Assembly: GCA_964016885.1 (NCBI GenBank)
Contig: OZ024744.1
Span: 93,930,001 to 93,994,000, forward strand
DNA length: 64,000 nucleotides
Origin: Eledone cirrhosa
Lineage: Eukaryota
Direction: 5' to 3'
A program made the translations under genes and the position numbers. This document shows positions 41,195 to 53,840 of this stretch, one piece after another (positions within the stretch are counted from its first letter, which is position 1; each line of letters begins with the position of its first letter). Below the pieces are notes generated by a model. It made no database searches. It saw only the letters and a list, made by a program, of their open reading frames with translations, and had not been told where the DNA came from.

Positions 41195-42085
41195 AAGACA
41201 TTTTTTCCAATTCCATCCCGCCCGTCCCTTTAATCTATTTTATTTCTCATTCTTTCTTCTGATGAAGGACTAGCGTCCGAAACATTAAGACCCTTTTCCT
41301 GCTATATCAAGCGTTAATATTGTACCGATCGTGTTGTTATTTCTGTTTACCTTTTACATCATCATCATCATTTCATTTTACGTCCGCTTTTCCCTGTTTG
41401 CAAGGGTGGGACGGGAACTGATGCTGGCTTGATTTCTACAGCTGGATGCCCTTCCTAACACCAACCTCATTTACAGTGAATGCTGGGTGCTTTTTTTGCC
41501 GTGGCACCTCCACGACCACTTTGCAGTGGAATGATAGGGACCCCAGTCCCTATCATCTCATTTTTACAGCTGAGTAAACTGGAGCAATGTGAAATAAAGT
41601 GTCTTGCTCAAGGAAACAACACATCACGCAGTCTGAGAATTGAACTCACAACCTTTCGATTGCAAGGCCAATGCTCTAACCACTAAGCCATGTGCCTCCA
41701 TATATATATATATATAGTGAAGGTGCATGACTTAGTGGTTAGAGCATGGGGCTTGCAATTGAGAGGTTGTGAGTTCAATTTTCAGACCAGGTGATGTGTT
41801 GTGCCCTTGAGCAAGACACTTTATTTCACATTGCTCCAGTATACTCAGCTGTAGAAATGAGTTGTGATGTCTCTGGTGCCAAGCTGTATCAGCCATTGCC
41901 TTTCCCTTGGACAACATTGGTGGCATGGAGAGGGGAGACAGGTATGCATGGGTGACTGCTGGTCTTCCACAAAATAAACTTTGCCAGGCTTGTGCCTCGG
42001 AGGGAAACTTTCTAGGTGCAAAACCATGGTCATCCTTGACCGAGTGGGGCCAAAGCAAAATATAAATATATATATATATATTGAA

Positions 42086-42606
42086 TCACTTTTCAGCTGA
42101 CTCTTGGGAGGCTCCCGTACAGCTCTGTGTTTTTCATCCTCAGTGTATACTGATTAATGTTCAGAGCCATCCTCAGCATTCTCGTGTAACACCCATCCAC
42201 CATCTGAGTGAGTTTCTTAGTCAGTGTCCAAGTCTCAGACCCGTACAGCAGCACAGATTCCACTACAGCAATGAAGAGGCGGATCTTCAGGTATTTACGA
42301 AGGTCTGACTTCCACACTGATCTCAAACTGTGGCACGCCGCCCAGGCTTTGCTCTTCCTCTCGACCACATCATCTGAGGTTAACTGGACGTGCCCACCGA
42401 TATCCAGAGTTGACACTGCACTCAGTGCTCCTGTGGGAGCCCCTACATGGACACACTGGAAGTGGAAGACCAAGGTTAACATATGTTGATGCCCTAAGGA
42501 CAGCACTGGTCTGTTGGAGACGCAGGATATGGCAGCGATAATGAGGGACAGAGACCGCTGGAGAGAACTCGTCCATGGAATCGGGAATTTTACCTGCTCT
42601 AGATAG
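42086..42606. mobile_element. RTE-type LINE fragment with 5' inversion and 10-bp TSD
   Basis: 42086-~42395 is minus (VESVLLYGSETW..LYGSLPRVS); ~42400-42606 is plus (3' end). TSD ATATATTGAA at 42076-42085 and 42607-42616. Confidence 0.85.
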
Positions 42607-43436
42607 ATATATTGAAAAACTATCTTGGTATTCTTTCTGAATTGATTATACATATATACACTTGATAGGAAAGGCCTCAGCCATAGAAATTTGCCAAACA
42701 AAGGGTTGAGATGATCCTTTAGTTGTGTCAAAAACGTTGACAGCCTCCCTAGTGCTGGTGATCTACATAATAAAAGCACCCAGTCCACACTGTAAAATGG
42801 TTGGTGTTAGGAAGGGCATCGAGCCATAGAAAGCTTGCCAAACAAGGGGTTGGGAGGACCTTTCAGGTTGTGTCAAAAGACATACCTAAGCGAGATACAG
42901 ACCCCATGGCCTGACTGACTGGGAGGTCAGTAGCCCTGCTTCAGAACTGACTTGGTCTTTGTAGACCTGTCCAACCCCTAATAGCAGAGAAGGCGAGAAA
43001 GCGAACGTTAAATGATGATGATGATATGTGTGTGTGTGTATGTGTGAGTGTGAGTGTCATTTTAGAGATGTTACACAAGAATGATGATTGTTATGCAAGA
43101 ATAATAAATTGAGTGACGCCCCATCAGACAGTTATCGACCAAATTTTGGAAAATGAACAACAAATGTCCTTTGGTCTTCATATCATCAACTTCGTAAAAT
43201 ACCGCCTGACATGACTGGACATGCCTGACTTATGTTATTCTTATGTAACAATCACCTAGAGAGAGATTATAATTGGACTATAATATTCATCTCTATTAGT
43301 CTAAAATGTCAAGCATGGAAAAAGTAGTCATAAAAACGATGAGGACAATGACGATGATGATGGTGGTGATGGTGATTGTGATGATGGTGATGGTGATGGT
43401 GGTGATGGTGATGGTGGTGATGATAGTGATAATGAT

Positions 43437-44140
43437 GGGATCACAGGTAAGCTAACTAAGAATATAGATTTTATATGTGGCCGGTGCTCAGGTGCAATAA
43501 GTAGCAGCAAGTGCCCACAAAATACTAGCTCATTCCATTGCACAGATGATACTATAGAAATAGTGGACACCTTCCATTACTTGGGTGATAAAATCAGCAG
43601 TGGGGGAGGCTGCTCTGAAAGTACAGTAGCTAGAGTCAGAACGGGATGGAAAAAGTTCAGAGAGCTTATACCACTATTGGCCACTAAAGGGTTCTCTCTA
43701 AAAATGAAAGGCAGGCTGTATGATGCCTGCATATGAACAGCAATGTTACATGGCAGTGAGCCATTGGCATTGTGTGCAGAGGATATACGCAAACTGGAGA
43801 GGAACAAAGCTTGCATGCTCCGTTGGATGTGTAATAGTAATATACGTGAACGGCAAAGCATAAATGAACTAAGTGAGAAATTAGGAATAAGAGGGATCAG
43901 ATGCTGTTTACTCGAGAGAAGACTACGTTGGTATGGTCACGTGATGCGCATGAAAGACGACAGCTGTATAAAGAAGTGCAGGGCGATCAAAATAGACGGT
44001 AGCCACGGAGTAGGCAGACCCAGAAAAACCTGGTACGACCTGATAAATTCCGACCTCACACACTTACACCTCTCCAAGACAATGTCACTGGCGCTACTCA
44101 GTAATAGAGAAGACCCGCCTTGCATAAGTACAAAGTAAAA
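43437..44140 (+). pseudogene. RTE LINE 3' fragment
   Basis: MLHGSEP..ERRLRWYGHVMRMKDD..GRPRKTW. Confidence 0.85.
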
Positions 44141-44489
44141 CCTACTACAGTCAGTAGGCACCTCTAACAAAATATACCCCCGTCCCACTACCTCCACCCC
44201 ATCCACACCACCCCTTTCAATGTAAAGTTATGTTGGTACCACAACATCCAGTCCTAAACAAATAAGGTCGTGTAGGTGTCACGAAAAAAACACACAGTGC
44301 ACGCTGTAATGTGGCCGTGTAGGCAACACGGTAAAAACCTCCCAGTCCACACTGTAAATGTGGTTGGTGTTAGGAAGGGCATCCAGCTGTAGAAAACCTG
44401 CCAGACAGTCCTATGCGAGCAAGACAACCACTCTTGCCTCAAGTGGGAAAACTCCCGTCCAAACCCATGCAAGCGTGGAAGATGGACGT

Positions 44490-44925
44490 TAAATGATGAT
44501 GATGATGATGAAGGTGGTGGTGATGATGACAATGATGATGATGGTGGTGGTGATGATGGTGATGATGGTGATGATGGTAGTGGTGATAATGGTGATGATG
44601 GTGGTGATGGTGGTGGTGATGATGGTGATGATGGTGATGATGGTGGTGATGGTGATGATGTGGTGATGGTGATGGTGATGAGGCTGATGATAGTGATGGT
44701 GATGAGGAGGGTGAGGGTGAGGGTGGTGATGGTGGTGGTGATGGTGATGATGGTGATGAGGGTGATGATAAGTGATGGTGGTGGTGGTGATGAGGGTGAT
44801 GATAAGTGATGGTGGTGATGGTGATGAGGGTGATGATGGTGATGGTGACAACGATGATGATGGTGATGGTGGTGATAACAATGATGGTGATGGTGACATG
44901 ATGATGGTGATGGTGGTGATGATGA

Positions 44926-44959
<34 letters not shown>

Positions 44960-45085
44960 GACAATAATGGTGATGATGACAATGATGATGACGACGATGA
45001 CGATGATGATGATGAAGATGATGATAACAATGATGCTAACGACAATGACAACGACAACGACAACAACAACAATGATAACAATGCT
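44490..45085. repeat. (GAT/GGT)n compound trinucleotide microsatellite
   Basis: Direct inspection; it explains the poly-His/Ser/Ile ORFs. Confidence 0.95.
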
Positions 45086-45146
45086 AATTATAAAGTTCAG
45101 AAACTAACCAGTATAACACACCAAATACTCCCCATGATCTACTTAC

Positions 45147-45267
45147 CGCAGCTTCCATTTTACTATTTCCATGGGCTTTTTTGCCGTTGATATGTAAAAA
45201 TTTGAACTGAAAGTCATGGTTTTTTGTCTTAGAATCATTCTCATTGTAGCTTTCTGAAAGTATGTCT
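45147..45267 (-). CDS. Host gene internal exon: (G)DILSESYNENDSKTKNHDFQFKFLHINGKKAHGNSKMEAA
   Basis: Acceptor TTTCTATTTCTACAG, donor GTAAGT; 121 nt, phase 2/0. Confidence 0.9.
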
Positions 45268-45698
45268 CTGTAGAAATAGAAATAAATAAATGGATCAAAT
45301 ATATCATCGTCATCATCATCTTCTTCTTCTTCTTCGTTTAACGTGGCTTCCTCCACGCTAGCATGGGTTATATATATATATATATATGATAATAATGGAG
45401 CTGCGGCGCTGCAAATGGGTTACATATGAAAAAGTTTGTCCTCATCAGTGGCCATCCAACCGTCGTAGGCATTTCGTCGCATTAAAGGCTGATGATATAT
45501 ATATATATCATCACCATCATCGTTTAATGTCCATCTCCCACGCTTGCATGGGTTTGGACGGGAGTTTTCCCACTTGAGGCAAGATTGGTTATCCTGCTCG
45601 TATAGGACTGTCTGGCGGGTTTTCTACGGCTGGATGCCCTTCCTAACACCAACCACGTTTACAGTGTGGACTATATATATATATATATATATATATAC

Positions 45699-46826
45699 AT
45701 GGTGGCTGCCAACTCGTTTTCGAGTACGGCCACTACTTTATATCCATGTAGGAGAACCCCTACCGATGTGCTGAACGAGTGTGACTTTTTAGTCCAGCCA
45801 GCGACTTGAAAACTCTGGTACAAACACTACACTTGTGACAAATATTGACACATAGTGCTGGGCCCATGGTACCATGTGACGACAAGTGCAGAGAGATCTC
45901 CAGATATAAAGCAATGCCTGTGCCGTGAAGCTTTTATAGTGAGCAAAGGCACTGCACAAAGCCAGTCCCACTCTCTTAACCAAGATGATATTTACCAAAA
46001 AGAAGAACAAGTCAACATCATTGGATACCATCAGAGTTGCAGGTGTTATATCAGAGTTTTCCTTCTCCTAGAATTCTGCCTTGACAAAGGCTAAGGAGTC
46101 ATCTCTCCCGGTGATTTTGGATGGCCATTGACTCTTAAGAGCTCCTTTGCCCTTTGACAGGTTTTGTTTTTAGTCCTGCAGGATGTCCAAAGTCAGCCTC
46201 ATACATACATACATACATGGTGGCTGCCAACTCGTTTTCGAGTACGGCCACTACTTTATATCCATGTAGGAGAACCCCTACTGATGCGCTAAACGAGTGT
46301 GACTTTTCAGTCCAGCCAGCGACTTGAAAACTCGGGTACAAACACTACACTTGTGACAATTATTGACACATAGTGCTGGGCCCATGGTACCATGTCACGA
46401 CAAGTGCAGAGAGATCTCCAGATATAAAGCAATGCCTGTGCCGTGAAGCTTTTATAGTGAGCAAAGGCACTGCACAAAGCCAGTCCCACTCTCTTAACCA
46501 AGATGATATTTACCAAAAAGAAGAACAAGTCAACATCATTGGATACCATCAGAGTTGCAGGTGTTATATCAGAGTTTTCCTTCTCCTAGAATTCTGCCTC
46601 GACAAAGGCTAAGGGGTCATCTCTCCCGGTGATTTTGGATGGCCATTGACTCTTAAGAGCTCCTTTGCCCTTTGACAGGTTTTGTTTTTAGTCCTGCAGG
46701 ATGTCCAAAGTCACCCTCCTCACCAAGCAACCTTGGTGGGGTTGCCAGTTTAGTCGCCAACGACCCGACCATGAGACAGGTTGTACTGGGATACATGTTA
46801 CCAGTAGCACCAACTGGTGACCTGAC
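45699..46826 (-). mobile_element. Two tandem copies of a ~610-bp non-coding retroposon (family C); a third copy on the plus strand at 60165-60773
   Basis: 45699-46200 and 46217-46826 are near-identical to the reverse complement of 60165-60773; (ATGT)n/(TA)n tails. The CTAGGAGAAGGAAAACTCTGA motif recalls RTE 5' UTRs. Confidence 0.85.
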
Positions 46827-47267
46827 ATACATACATACATACAAACATACATACATACATACATACATACATACAAACATACATATATATATAGAGAGGC
46901 ACATGGCTTAGTGGTTAGAGCATTGGCCTTGCAATCGAAAGGTTGTCAGTTCAATTCTCAGACTGGGTGATGTGTTGTTTCCTTGAGCAAGACACTTTAT
47001 TTCACATTGCTCCAGTTTACTCAGCTGTAGAGTGCAAAGTGGTCGTGGAGGTGCCACGGCAAAAAACAGCACCCAGCACTCACTGTAGTGGATGTCTAGG
47101 CGCCACGGAAAAAAAGGCACCCAACACTCACTGTAAATGAGGTTGGTGTTAGGAAAGGCATCCAGCTGTAGAAATCAAGCCATAATCAGTTCCTGTCCCA
47201 CCCTTGCAAGCAGGGAAAAGTGGATGTAAAATGAAATGAAGTATTTCTGTCGGAAAGGTACAGGAAA

Positions 47268-49640
47268 AGGTTTCTTCTCTAGTTCAGCCATTGATTCAGC
47301 TATGAGCGTTAGATCATCTGCGTATAGGAGTTCCCATGGGCAGCCGGTCTTGAACTCCTCTGTTATAGCCTGAAGGGCAATAATAAATAGTAGGGGGCTA
47401 AGAATGGAGCCCTGATGAACATCAACTTTTATGCTAAACTCTTCACTATATTCATTATCAATTCTAACCTTGCTGACTGTTTCTTTATACATGGCTTGTA
47501 TAGCTCTCACAAGCCATTCATCAACACCTAGTTTTCTAAGAGCCCACCAGATAATGGAACGGGGGACTCTGTCAAAGGCTTTCTCCAAGTCAAGAAAAGC
47601 TAGGTATAGGGGTTTACTTTTAGCTAGGTACTTCTCCTGTAGTTGTCGTACAATGAAAAGAGCGTCTGTGGTACTTTTACCTGACACAAACCCGAACTAC
47701 ATTTCATCTAGATCAATTCGCTCTCTGATTAGTTGTGCTATTACTTTTTCTGTGACCTTCATGACCTGGTCGATTAATTTAATACCTCTATAGTTACCCA
47801 TATCTAGGGCATCTCCTTTACCAGTTAATGATGATGCTGCTACGCCAGTCCTTCGGAACAACCCCATTCTGTATGACTTGGTTTACTATCCGGGTGACCA
47901 TAGTGTGTCCCACCGTTCCAGAAGCTTTCAGCATTTCAGCAACTATTTCCAAAGGCCCAACCGCCTTACCCGTCTTCATATCTTTGATTGCCTTACTTAT
48001 TATACTACCTTCGACTAACACTGCTGGTCCCTCTATTGGATCGATGTGGGGGAGACTGTCTTTCTCCCATTTATTCTCCTCATTTAGTAGCCTTTCGTAG
48101 TGACACTTCCAAGCTACCTTCTTATCAGCGTCAGTGATGGCAAGTACACCATCATCATTAAGGACACACTTCTCCCCGACAATATCACGGTTTTCCTTGA
48201 CACATTGCCTAGCAATCCTGAACACCTCACGTTTTTGGTCCTCGCGTAGTAGAACATGCTTGAACTTTCTTTCCTCTGCTTCCCTTCTTGCGAAGTACAT
48301 TTGTCTCCTAGCTTCCCTCCTGGCCACTTGATAGTCTTCTCTACTTCCCCCATCCTGCCATACTTTCCAAGCCTGCTTTTTGGCCTTAATTGACTCCTCC
48401 ACCTTACTGTTCCACCACCACGTTACTCTCCTCCTGCCTATAGGCCTGCTCCAGCCACAGACTTCATCTGCCGCCATCAGCAGGTTTGCTTTCAGGAATT
48501 CCCACTGTTCCTCTATATTATACGACTCTAATTGCTCTTCCTTACTGTCGAAAGCATCAAGTAATATGCTTTTAAATTTATTACTGGCTGTGGGGTCCTT
48601 TAGCTTCCATATTTTTCACCTGAGGATAGTCCTCTTCTGTTGTTGAGTACGTCTCGTCCTGACTATGAGATCGCTAATTATGAGTCTATGTTGAGATGTG
48701 CATTCTTCATGGGGGAGGGATTTAGTGTTTACAACAGACACTCTGTCACGTCTTCTGGTAAGGATATAATCTACCTGGTATGTTCCCCTGATCAAGTGAT
48801 TGATGGAATGTTCCCCTGATTTGGTGATCAAGTGATTGTCTCGTTTTTTTAAGTTACTGTTACAGATAGTTAGGTTATTTGCGTCACAGAATTCCAGGAT
48901 TCTGGAGCCTTCCTTATTTCTAGTACCAAACCCATAGCCTCCATGGATTCCGTCATAGCCGTCACAATGTTGTCCAAGGTGACCATTTAGGTCGCCAGCA
49001 ATAATTATATAGTCACTGTCGGTTATTTGGGAGGTAGTGAGCATCAGTGTCTCGTAGAATCTGTCTTTTATAGCGCCAGGCAGTCCGGATTGGGGTGCAT
49101 ACGCAGATATTACTGTCACAGTAGTTCTATTTAGAACAAGTCTTATTTTAATTATTCTGTCGTTCACTCTATTTACGTCTATTATCTTATCCACCCATTT
49201 TTCTGCTAACATGATTCCTACCCCACTCAGCCCATTGTCATTTCCCACCCAGAAAAGCTTATAGCATCGTTTTTTACCCACAATGAATCTAGCTGGTCTC
49301 TTGGATACAGCAAACATCAACCTCCTTACATTCAAACATTTCTACAACCTCGTTAGAGCGACCTTTTAAGGTGCCTACATTCCTGGTACCAACTTGGAAG
49401 TTTTGGATTGCGTTTGGTGGGTGGGAACGGTGGGGCGCGGGGAGGGGGAGGGGGTTGGGGTTATGTTGGCCATCCGCGGCCGAAACAAAGAGGAGGACTC
49501 CTTGCCTTTTCGTCCGGCAGCATGAGGTGAATTTGTCGTTATCTTTGGCATTGTCACTGAGTGTCCAGCTTCTTCAGACTCTCCAGAATTCCTTAGTCCA
49601 TCCATCATATCGAAAAGCAACCAGGAGAAGTGATAGCATA
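47268..49640 (-). pseudogene. RTE-clade LINE: APE endonuclease and RT N-terminal/core region, frameshifted
   Basis: ISAYAPQSG, IIAGDLNGH, QVDYIL, SQHRLI (APE); FLDLEKAFDRV, HQGSILSPLLF, YADD (RT). Confidence 0.93.
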
Positions 49641-50346
49641 GGCCGCTGACTTATGATTGGTCCAAATAATAATGGTGGAGAGTGGGGGCAGGCGGGAGAG
49701 GTATGGGGTAGTTAGCAAGGAGAAGGTTTTAAATAAAGCATATAACAGTAATAAGCGATATACTGGGATTTTAAAATACACAAGATTATTTAGAACAACC
49801 AGACAGAATTATAGAATAGCATTGAGAAAGCAAGATTGGATTCTGGGCGATTATACAGATATATGGATGAATGAACTGAAGGGTGGGGAGACAAGAAGAA
49901 AATGGTATTTTTACATTACATTTCGTAGAAGTGGACAGACCATTATATATATATATCATCATCATCACTGTTTTACGTCTGTTCTTCCACGTTAGCATGG
50001 GTTAGACGGGTTGTCCTGTTGTGGGCAGTGCCAGGTCGGCTGACTGCGTCTTGCTCATACGGGAACTGATTCTGGCTTGATTTCTACAGCTGGATGCCCT
50101 TCCTAACACCAACCTCATTTACAGTGAGTGCTGGGTGCTTTTTTGCTGTGGCACCTCCATGACCACTTTGCAGTGGAATGATATGGACCCTAGTACATAT
50201 CATCTCATTTCTACAGCTGAGTAAACTGGAGCAATGTGAAATAAAGTGTCTTGCTCAAGGAAACAACACATCACCTGGTCTGAGAATTGAACTCACAACC
50301 TTTTGATTGCAAGGCCAATGCTCTAACCACTAAGCCATGTGCCTCC

Positions 50347-50389
<43 letters not shown>

Positions 50390-50657
50390 TATACACACAC
50401 ACACACACATACATATATACATATACATATATATACACATATACATATTTATATATATACACACATATACATATATATATATATATACACATATACATAT
50501 ATATATATATATACACATATACATATATATATATATACACATATATATATATATACACATATACATATATATAAATAATACACACAGGGATACAAGTATA
50601 GTCCGACCACATGCCAGTGTGGTTCAATGGCAAGTTAATAAATTAACAAGCCAGAAC

Positions 50658-51207
50658 ATATAAAATCAAGGGAATGTAAATATAGAAAAAATTTTAAAAT
50701 AAATTTTTAAAAATTCACTGTACTTACAATATGTGCCCTTACCACGGTTTCAAATCCCAAACGAATAGGTAATTCACAGGCAGATTTTCATTGAGAAAGA
50801 GATTATCATCAGAAGGCATTTCTCTCTCGGAGAATATAAAATTCTCGAGTTAAAAATTCCAAACTAGTGCCACTACAAACTGCCTCAGAATGAGAGCAAA
50901 TGAATGATAAAGCAGTTTTGTCATGGTACCGTGTGCAAAAGCAAAAGCACGGTGGACAGGTCAATCCTGTACTGCTAAAAATAGCAGTTTAGAGTGGCGC
51001 TGGTTTGGAATTTTTAACTCATGAATTTTATATTCTCCGAGAAAGAAATGCCTTCTGATGTTAATCTCTTTCTCAATGAATATCCGCCTGGATTATCTAT
51101 TAGTTTGGGATTTGAAACCGCGGTAAGGGCACATATAGTAAGTACAGTGAATTTTTTTAAATTTACTTTAAAATTTTTTCTATATTTACATTCCCTTGAT
51201 TTTATAT
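50658..51207. repeat. Inverted repeat with ~225-bp arms, each carrying a hammerhead-like motif
   Basis: Arms 50658-50883 and 50984-51207. Motif GCCTT-CTGATG(A/T)-TAATCTC..GGGATTT-GAAA-CCG(C/T)GG-TA-AGGGC at 50735-50817 (-) and 51050-51130 (+). Confidence 0.8.
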
Positions 51208-51215
51208 ATATATAT

Positions 51216-51346
<131 letters not shown>

Positions 51347-51994
51347 TATAGATATATATATATATACATATATGTATTATATGTATGTACATATATATAT
51401 ATAGACACATATACATATATATGTATGCTTTGGCCCCATTCGGTCACGGATGACCATGGTTTTGCACCTAAAAAGTTTCCCTCCGAGGTACAAGCCTGGG
51501 CAAGGTTTTTTGTGGAAGACCAGCAGTCACTCATACATACCAGTCTCCCCTCTCCACACCACTGATGATGTCCAAGGGAAAGGCAATGACTGATACAGCT
51601 TGGCACCAGTGACGTTGTAACTCATTTCTACAGATGAGTAAGCTGGAGCAACGTGAAATAACTTTATTTCAAGGACACATCACATCACCTGGTCCAAGAA
51701 TCGAACTCACAGCCTCTCAATTGCAAGCCCAATGCTCTAACCTCTAAGCCATGCGCCTTCACATATATATATATATATACATATACAAATATTAGACCAC
51801 GAAAAACATGGGCGGAGGTGGTGAGAACAGACCTCAGATCATTGAAGCTCACGGTGGAGATGACGAGGGACCGTGACGAGTGGAGAGATGCTGTGCTGAA
51901 TAAGACCCGTCCCACCCTTGCAAGCAGGGAAAAGTGGACGTAAAATGATGATGATGATGATGATGATATACACATATACATATATATAATATAT

Positions 51995-52825
51995 AAAGAC
52001 TAAGGTCCTCGTAAGTAGACGAGAAAACAGAGCCCAGATCCCCTCAGGGAAATGGCCTTGCACAGTATGTAGAAAAGGTGTAGGTAGCAACTCCACCCTC
52101 TGCCCCAAATGCAAACAATGGGTTCACAAGAGATGTAGTGAGATCTCAGGAGGCTAGCTAAGAATGTAGGCTTTACATGCAGCAAACGACCACAGGAAAC
52201 AAGCACCACCAAACTCTGGGAGGGCTCTGTAGAAACAGTAGACAGCTTTTGCTACCTAGGTGACTGAATTAGCAGCAGAGGTGGGTGTTTGGAAAGTATT
52301 GTAATCAGAGTAAGAATGGGATGGAAGAAGTTCAGGGAGCTATTGCCACTGCTAGGCTTCTCCCTCAAAATGAAAGGCAGACTCTATGATACGTGCATAC
52401 GAACAGCAATGTTACATGGTAGTGAGACATGGGTGCTGTCTGTGGAAGACTTGCGTAGATTAGAAAGAAACGAAGCCTGCATGCTCCGATGGATGTGTAA
52501 TAGTAATATATGTGAATGGCAAAGCATAAATGAATTGAGAGAGAGACTGAGCATAAGAGGAATTAAATGCTGTGTGCAGGAGAGGAGGTTGCGTTGGTAT
52601 GGACATGTGATGCGTATGAAGGATGACAGCTGCATAAAAAGGTGCAGAGCACTAGAAGTCAATGGAAACTGCGGAGTGGGGAGACCCAAGAAGACCTGGG
52701 ATGAGGTGATAAAAGTCGACCTTACCCAATTACACCTCTCAGAGGCGATGACACACGACCATGACCTCTGGCGTCACGTAGTAATACAGAAGACCCGACC
52801 TCCCACGGGTACAAGCCGAAGCTGA
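51995..52825 (+). pseudogene. RTE LINE 3' part
   Basis: KTKVLVS..SGKWPCTVCRKGVG; MLHGSETW..RRLRWYGHVMRMKDD..GRPKKTW. Confidence 0.9.
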
Positions 52826-53167
52826 AGCATATAGACAATATGCCCCCACCCCTTCTCGCTGTAAAGTGGTCGTGGAGGTGTCACGGCAAAAAAGCACCCA
52901 GCCCACACTGTAAAGTGGTCGTGTAGGCGCCACAGAAAAAAACATCCAGCACTCACTGTAAATGAGGTTGGTGATAGGAAGGGTATCCAGCTGTAGAAAT
53001 CAAGCCAGAATCAGTTCCCGTATGAGCAAGACATGGTCAGCCGACCGGACACTGCCTACAATAGGACAACCCGTCTAACCCATGCTACATGGAAGAATGG
53101 ACGTAAAACGGTGATGATAATAATGATATACATATATATATATATACATACATATATATATATATAA

Positions 53168-53204
<37 letters not shown>

Positions 53205-53797
53205 CATATATCATCATCATCATCATCATCATCACCGTTTTACGTCCGTTCTTCCACGCTAGCATGGGTTAGACGGGTTGTCCTGTTGTGGGCAGTGTCT
53301 GGTCGGCTGACCATGCCTTGCTCATACAGGAACTGATCTGGCTTGATTTCTACAGCTGGATGCCCTTCCTAACACCAACCTCATTTACAGTGAGTGCTGG
53401 GTGCTTTTTCGTGGCGCCTACACGTCCACTTTACAGTGTGGGCTGGGTGCTTTTTTGCCGTGGCACCTCCACGACCACCTTGCGGTGGGGGGGGGGGCAT
53501 ATTGTTTATATGCTTCAGCATGTACCCATGGGAGGTCGGGTACCCTGTATTACTGCGTGACGCCAGAAGTCACGGTCGTGTGTCATTGACTTTGAGAGGT
53601 GTAGTTGGGTAAGGTCGGCTTTTATCATATATATATATATATATATATAAATACATATATATATATATATATATGAATATAGACATAGAATATTCGAAAA
53701 TATTCTGTATGTTTATAATAAACATTTTGAAGACCTAATCGCTATAGAATAGAATACGTCACGTATTACAATTAGATTCTCGATAAAAGCAAGGGAA

Positions 53798-53840
53798 GTA
53801 ATCTACGCGTTTCATTCTCGTTAGAAATCATCAGGACTAC
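53798..53840 (-). ncRNA. Type I hammerhead ribozyme, first of 6 minus-strand copies (starts 53798, 54108, 54418, 54728, 55038, 55348)
   Basis: Reverse complement of GTAGTC-CTGATGA-TTTCTAACGAGAAT-GAAAC-GC-GTA-GATTAC. Confidence 0.88.

Noticed and set aside
41718-41790. tRNA gene-like sequences
   Set aside because: These are A/B-box heads of SINEs continuing into SINE bodies; no complete cloverleaf.
44254-45107. Poly-His/Ser/Pro ORFs
   Set aside because: Trinucleotide microsatellite. The same applies to the YIYI, CVCV and FYFY ORFs elsewhere.
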